From the NCBI RefSeq assembly GCF_000142905.1, contig NW_013657588.1, positions 1-9,611 of the forward strand: a DNA stretch of 9,611 nucleotides, in the 5' to 3' direction. Positions 5,812-9,611 of the stretch are shown here, in pieces. The translations under genes were made by a program, and so were the position numbers. The notes beneath the pieces were generated by a model, which made no database searches, had not been told where the DNA came from, and was given only the letters and a program-made list of their open reading frames with translations. This DNA is from Thecamonas trahens ATCC 50062 (taxonomy: Eukaryota > Protista > Apusomonadida). The stretch's first letter is position 1; every line of letters starts with the position of its first letter.

Positions 5812-7947
5812 ATGCTGTCCAAGCGGACAGACATGCGGTTCGACTTTCGTGATCCCAATGAAGGAACCATTGCAAGCGAGTCATGGGAGGCAGAGCAGGG
5901 GGAGCGAGCTGGGCGACAGAGGGCCACCTTTGAAGCTGCCTACCTTCCGCATGTCACAAAGCATAGACTGTTGCACCTCAGACAGTTGGTCTCTGTACGT
6001 ACACAAACACCACCGTTCACTTTTCCCCCTCTCAATCGCATACTCTCACTCACTATGGCCCTATCCCCCCCCCCCTCGCCTCCGCGCCCGTCCGCCCGCC
6101 CGTCCGCCCGCCGATCTGCTCGCCCACCCCCATCTGCTCATTATGTCCATCCGCTCACCCCGCAGCCACGGTTCCTCAAGCGTAACTTGTCGTATGTGAC
6201 CGAGGTCCGCAAGCGGCAGACGACGGCGGCTGGTGATGGCGTCGAGGGCGTCAAGCAGGATGAGGCGGCTGGTGGCGGCCATGTGTCGACCAGGCAGTGG
6301 AATGAGACGGTGACGAGGCTGGATGAGATGGGCAAGGTGACGGTGAGTCTTGTGAGCATCATCGATGCGCCTAGCGAGCTGGCAGCCGAAGCGAGCTCAG
6401 GCGCTACCCGGGCTCTTAAGCGAAGCTCCAGCTCCAAGTCGAGAGACAAGGTCGGGCCAGGCCCGGTGGCTGTACTCTCGCTCTGCCTTTTGACCAGAAA
6501 CGGAGGCGGCGCCCAGCCGATGGCCACCACGCAGGTGGAGGAGGAACATAGCGCTCCGGTCAATCTGGCGAGGACAGCGCGAGTGACGTCTGGCAAGCGG
6601 TCCAAGCCGGTCACCTTTCGCCGCCTGGTCTCGCTCAACGACGACGCCGATGGGGCACAGCTTGTCATCTCTATCTACCGCTCCGCCGAGGCTGCCGACG
6701 CCAGTCACGCCTGGCAAGGCTCCAATGAGAGGAGCAAGTTGCTTGTGCTTGATCCGAGCGATCAGCGGTGGAAGGCTCAGCATGCCAACACACGGGGTAT
6801 GACGTCACGCAAGCGGAGCAGGGCGACGGCCGAGAGTGAGGACGGCTGGTGGTCGGGCGCACTACCTTTGGCGGATCCCGAGCGCGGAGCTTTTCTGCAG
6901 AGTGGGACGTACGCCTTGCGGTTGGAGGGCCCGGGCGCTGATGTGGGGCGTGCCCCCCCGGCCGTCCTTGTCCGTCTTGACTGGGCCACGGAATCGGTCC
7001 ACACCACGCAGACGCGGCTTGTGGGCAGTAGGCAGCGGGTGGGGCTGCGCAGGGCACCGGCACTGGTCTCCTCGCCGTTTATGCTCATTCCGCCCATCGA
7101 GTGGCGGTTCTACCTCGACGAGAGCATGCGGCTTCTGCAGCCGCAAGTCGTCAACTCGCTGACCTGCGCCCTGTGCGGCGATGCCCACGCCGCCTTTCCT
7201 GCGCTGTACATGCATGTGGTGGTGGGCCACGGCGACGAGTTTGGCTTTCAGCTTGAGCGAAGCCATCAGGGCGGCGCCACCATCCACGTTGTGCCTGTCG
7301 CGCTCGACAAGCGGACGCGCGACGAGGTGGCCCAGGCGACGGCAAGCAAGAGCTTTGCCTTCTGGCGGCCGCGGTCTGCGCGCAGACTGCGCGGCCGCCA
7401 GCCGCTGCACTCGTTCTCGATGCTGATGGAAGGCGCCGGCCGCGCGACGCCCGCTGAGGTCGCCGCGCTGGTCGCGCCCATGTCGATGGGCAAGTTTGAG
7501 GAGGCGATGGAGCGCCGGCCGCCGGTGGCAGCCACCATCCAGCAAGAGTTCTTCACCATGCCCGAGTACTCGGTCCTCCCGCCCGAGGCTGTCGGGTCCA
7601 CTCAGCGCGAGCCGGTCGACAACCGCTGGCTGATGGAGAAGCGCGCCGCCGCGCTCCGCGAGCTGGGCGACGTGAGCGAGACGGAGAAGACCTTTATGGC
7701 TCTGTGGAACACCTTTGTTTCGCAGCTTGAGGTCCAGCTCTCCGACGGGCGGCTCGCGCCGGCTCTCTTGGTTTTTGTCAAGGAGTGCGCCCAAGAGCTG
7801 GTCGTCGCCAACCTCCGCAACGCGCTCGTTCTCCACTGCACCAACCTGTGGAACCACGGCGCGATTTCTGCGAGCGACGCGACCCATGCACTCGAGACCT
7901 ACGATCAGCAGGCGGCGGCAGTGCTCTGCGCCGAGGGTGGCGAGTAA
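5812..7947 (+). CDS. SUZ12: SUZ12/EMF2-like VEFS-box Polycomb repressive complex 2 subunit; two exons, join(5812..5994,6166..7947), 654 aa
   Basis: C-terminal VEFS box: VDNRWLMEKRAAALRELGDVSETEKTFMALWNTFV...DGRLAPALLVFVK...NLRNALVLHCTNLWNHGAIS. A C2H2 finger, CALC-x12-HVVVGH, lies upstream of it. After splicing the N-terminal motif reads RLLHLRQLVSPRFLKRNLSY, like human [20 protein letters not shown] as recalled. Domain order matches SUZ12. The start could be 5812 or 5833. Confidence 0.85.
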   Translation: MLSKRTDMRFDFRDPNEGTIASESWEAEQGERAGRQRATFEAAYLPHVTKHRLLHLRQLVSVRTQTPPFTFPPLNRILSLTMALSPPPSPPRPSARPSARRSARPPPSAHYVHPLTPQPRFLKRNLSYVTEVRKRQTTAAGDGVEGVKQDEAAGGGHVSTRQWNETVTRLDEMGKVTVSLVSIIDAPSELAAEASSGATRALKRSSSSKSRDKVGPGPVAVLSLCLLTRNGGGAQPMATTQVEEEHSAPVNLARTARVTSGKRSKPVTFRRLVSLNDDADGAQLVISIYRSAEAADASHAWQGSNERSKLLVLDPSDQRWKAQHANTRGMTSRKRSRATAESEDGWWSGALPLADPERGAFLQSGTYALRLEGPGADVGRAPPAVLVRLDWATESVHTTQTRLVGSRQRVGLRRAPALVSSPFMLIPPIEWRFYLDESMRLLQPQVVNSLTCALCGDAHAAFPALYMHVVVGHGDEFGFQLERSHQGGATIHVVPVALDKRTRDEVAQATASKSFAFWRPRSARRLRGRQPLHSFSMLMEGAGRATPAEVAALVAPMSMGKFEEAMERRPPVAATIQQEFFTMPEYSVLPPEAVGSTQREPVDNRWLMEKRAAALRELGDVSETEKTFMALWNTFVSQLEVQLSDGRLAPALLVFVKECAQELVVANLRNALVLHCTNLWNHGAISASDATHALETYDQQAAAVLCAEGGE
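5995..6165 (+). other. Spliceosomal intron of the SUZ12-like gene (171 nt, phase 0, no in-frame stop)
   Basis: Donor GTACGT, identical to the VPS51 donor. C-rich low-complexity body, branch-like GCTCAT at 6136-6141 and GCTCAC at 6153-6158, acceptor CGCAG|. Removal restores the SUZ12 motif spacing. Confidence 0.85.
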
Positions 7948-7957
7948 CACTAGCGGG

Positions 7958-7963
7958 TTTAAT
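7958..7963 (-). promoter_or_regulatory. Candidate polyadenylation signal ATTAAA, 1 nt after the ZNF622 stop
   Basis: + strand TTTAAT is ATTAAA on the - strand, within the 17-bp spacer. Use of this hexamer in this organism is assumed. Confidence 0.35.
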
Positions 7964-7964
7964 G

Positions 7965-9314
7965 TTAGAAGAAGTACTGCATGCGGAAGTGCTTCTTGTT
8001 GTTGTTCCGCTCGCCCTGTTTGGTGTCAAAGGAGAGCCGGGCGTAGTTGTTGGCGATGGTGCCGGCCGACTTGCCGACCTTCTCCACGTGGCGGGCGCCG
8101 TGCCAGCCGAGAAGGCGGTGCTCTGCGGCGCGCTGCGACGCGATGAGCGACTCTGACTTGTTGCGGACGATGGGCTGCTGCTTGTAGTAGCGGTTGAGGG
8201 CACGGTGGCCGAGGGCCTTGCCGTTGGGCAGGACAAGCTCCATTGTCTCCGGGTCGTAGCGGGCGGGCTCGACAGGCGACTCGAGGAGCTCGAGCTGGGC
8301 CTCGGTGAGCGGCTGCGAGGGGTCGATGCCGTGGAGGGCGAGCTGCTGGGCGTAGTACGCCTTTGCGTAGTCAAAGTACTCTTCATACTCGGTCTCCACG
8401 CCGGTATACGCCATCTTGCAGTGAACGCGCGCCCGCATGTGCGCCTGCACTGCGCGGACCGAGGTGAACGCCTTGCCCGAGCCGTCGCAGTGAAGGCAGA
8501 GGCAGAGCAGCGAGATCTTGCGCCCGAGGTAGCGGAGCAGACCTGGGACGTCGACGCAGTACTCGGCGTCCGGCACAAAGAACCCGTGCTCGAGCCGCAT
8601 ATGCTCCAGTCGTGCCTCGACGTCCGGCTCGAGGTGCTCGCAGAAGAGGCAGGCGTCGTCGTCGAGAATCTCGCCGTGGCCGAGGGCAAAGGAGACCAGC
8701 GACTCGACCTCGTCCTCGGCGTCAAACGAGAACGAAGCCACGTACCGGATCACAAACTCACGAATGAGTTCCTCGTCGCTAGCCTCAACAGGACGAGCGC
8801 CAGGCCAGTGCCTCGCGCGCGGCGCGGGGGAGGACTCACTCGCCCCTGGGCCAGCAGCATCGGGAGCATCGGCGGCGTTGCTAGTGTCCATGGCCACGGG
8901 GCCATCCTTCCCTGCCTTTGGCGAAACGGCAGCAGCAGGCGCCATCGCCGGGGACGGCGAGTCGAGCTTTCCAGGGTTTTCCCCGCGAGCAGCCACGGCT
9001 GCGGCCTTTGCCTTGTGCTTCTTGGAGGAGATGTGCTGATGATAAGCAGCCTCTGATGCGTACTTCTTCTTGCAGATGGTACACTCACCAGTGTAAGCCG
9101 CTTGTTCAGCAGCAGCAGCAGCCTCAGCTTGAGCATTGGCTTGACGAGAACGAAAGACAGCAAGTGAGACACAGGGCATAGCAAGGGCCTTCCGCTGGAG
9201 GTTGTATCGGTGCCACTCGGTGCGATAGTGCGAACGTTGCGCCGCAGAGCTGGTGAAGCCCACACGGCAAGCAATGCAGGTAAAGGTGGGTGCGGCAGCG
9301 GATGATGACGACAT
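7965..9314 (-). CDS. ZNF622: ZNF622/Rei1/Reh1-family C2H2 zinc-finger pre-60S ribosome maturation factor, 449 aa
   Basis: Motifs FTCIACRVGF...QRSHYRTEWHRYNLQRK; CTICKKKY...HISSKKH; CLFC...HMRLEHGFFVPDAEYCVDVPGLLRYLGRKI; CLHC...FTSVRAVQAHM...HCKM; ELVLPNGKALGHRALNRYYKQ; and a C-terminal NNNKKHFRMQ resembling the Rei1 exit-tunnel tail. Confidence 0.95.
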   Translation of the reverse strand: MSSSSAAAPTFTCIACRVGFTSSAAQRSHYRTEWHRYNLQRKALAMPCVSLAVFRSRQANAQAEAAAAAEQAAYTGECTICKKKYASEAAYHQHISSKKHKAKAAAVAARGENPGKLDSPSPAMAPAAAVSPKAGKDGPVAMDTSNAADAPDAAGPGASESSPAPRARHWPGARPVEASDEELIREFVIRYVASFSFDAEDEVESLVSFALGHGEILDDDACLFCEHLEPDVEARLEHMRLEHGFFVPDAEYCVDVPGLLRYLGRKISLLCLCLHCDGSGKAFTSVRAVQAHMRARVHCKMAYTGVETEYEEYFDYAKAYYAQQLALHGIDPSQPLTEAQLELLESPVEPARYDPETMELVLPNGKALGHRALNRYYKQQPIVRNKSESLIASQRAAEHRLLGWHGARHVEKVGKSAGTIANNYARLSFDTKQGERNNNKKHFRMQYFF

Positions 9315-9334
9315 AGTTGAAGGGGAGGGAGGAG

Positions 9335-9372
9335 TAGGGGGTAGGGGTAGGGGGTAGGGGGTAGGGGGTAGG
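9335..9372 (+). repeat. (TAGGGGG)n G-rich repeat, about 5 units, followed by GGGT/GT-rich sequence
   Basis: Direct reading; begins about 20 bp upstream of the ZNF622 ATG. Confidence 0.85.
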
Positions 9373-9505
9373 TGGGTGGGTGGGTGTGGTGGGTGTGGGT
9401 GTGGTGGGCGAGGGGTGTAGGTCGCAGAGTGATGGAACGTGAGGCGGATGGATGGGACGATGACGACAGAGGGAGGGAGGGAGTGAATGGGAGGAATGGG
9501 TGGCA

Positions 9506-9611
9506 GGGGGGGGATGGGGGGATGGGGATGGATGGGGATGGGGATGGGGATGGGGATGGGGATGGGGATGGGGATGGGGATGGGGATGGGGATGGGGATG
9601 ATGGGGATGGG
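9506..9611 (+). repeat. (ATGGGG)n hexamer microsatellite running to the window edge
   Basis: 11 perfect copies at 9532-9597 with degenerate flanking copies. Confidence 0.95.

Noticed and set aside
70-9314. The four genes as a functional cluster or single pathway
   Set aside because: Vesicle tethering, arginylation, Polycomb silencing and 60S maturation have no evident shared pathway; adjacency is explained by genome compactness.
9335-9611. True telomere or chromosome end
   Set aside because: Mixed units (TAGGGGG, ATGGGG) rather than a uniform TTAGGG-type array, interrupted by unique sequence and starting about 20 bp from a housekeeping gene's start codon.

Overview
GC-rich, very compact eukaryotic genomic DNA with few introns. 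It looks like a unicellular protist; the organism cannot be determined from this window. Four conserved genes form two convergent pairs: VPS51 (+, join 70..319,703..2759) faces ATE1 (-, 2760..4382), and a divergent SUZ12/VEFS-box Polycomb PRC2 subunit (+, join 5812..5994,6166..7947) faces ZNF622/REI1 (-, 7965..9314). The stop codons of the pairs are 0 bp and 17 bp apart. The SUZ12-like ORF hides a stop-free 171-nt intron inside its N-terminal conserved helix. The VPS51 intron carries a 27/24-bp minisatellite of in-frame GCCATGG units. The spacer between ATE1 and SUZ12 holds a coding-like frame broken by four in-frame TGAs, and a perfect 28-bp palindrome bracketed by 18-bp direct repeats exactly 200 bp apart. 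Gene identities come from remembered family motifs, not database searches.
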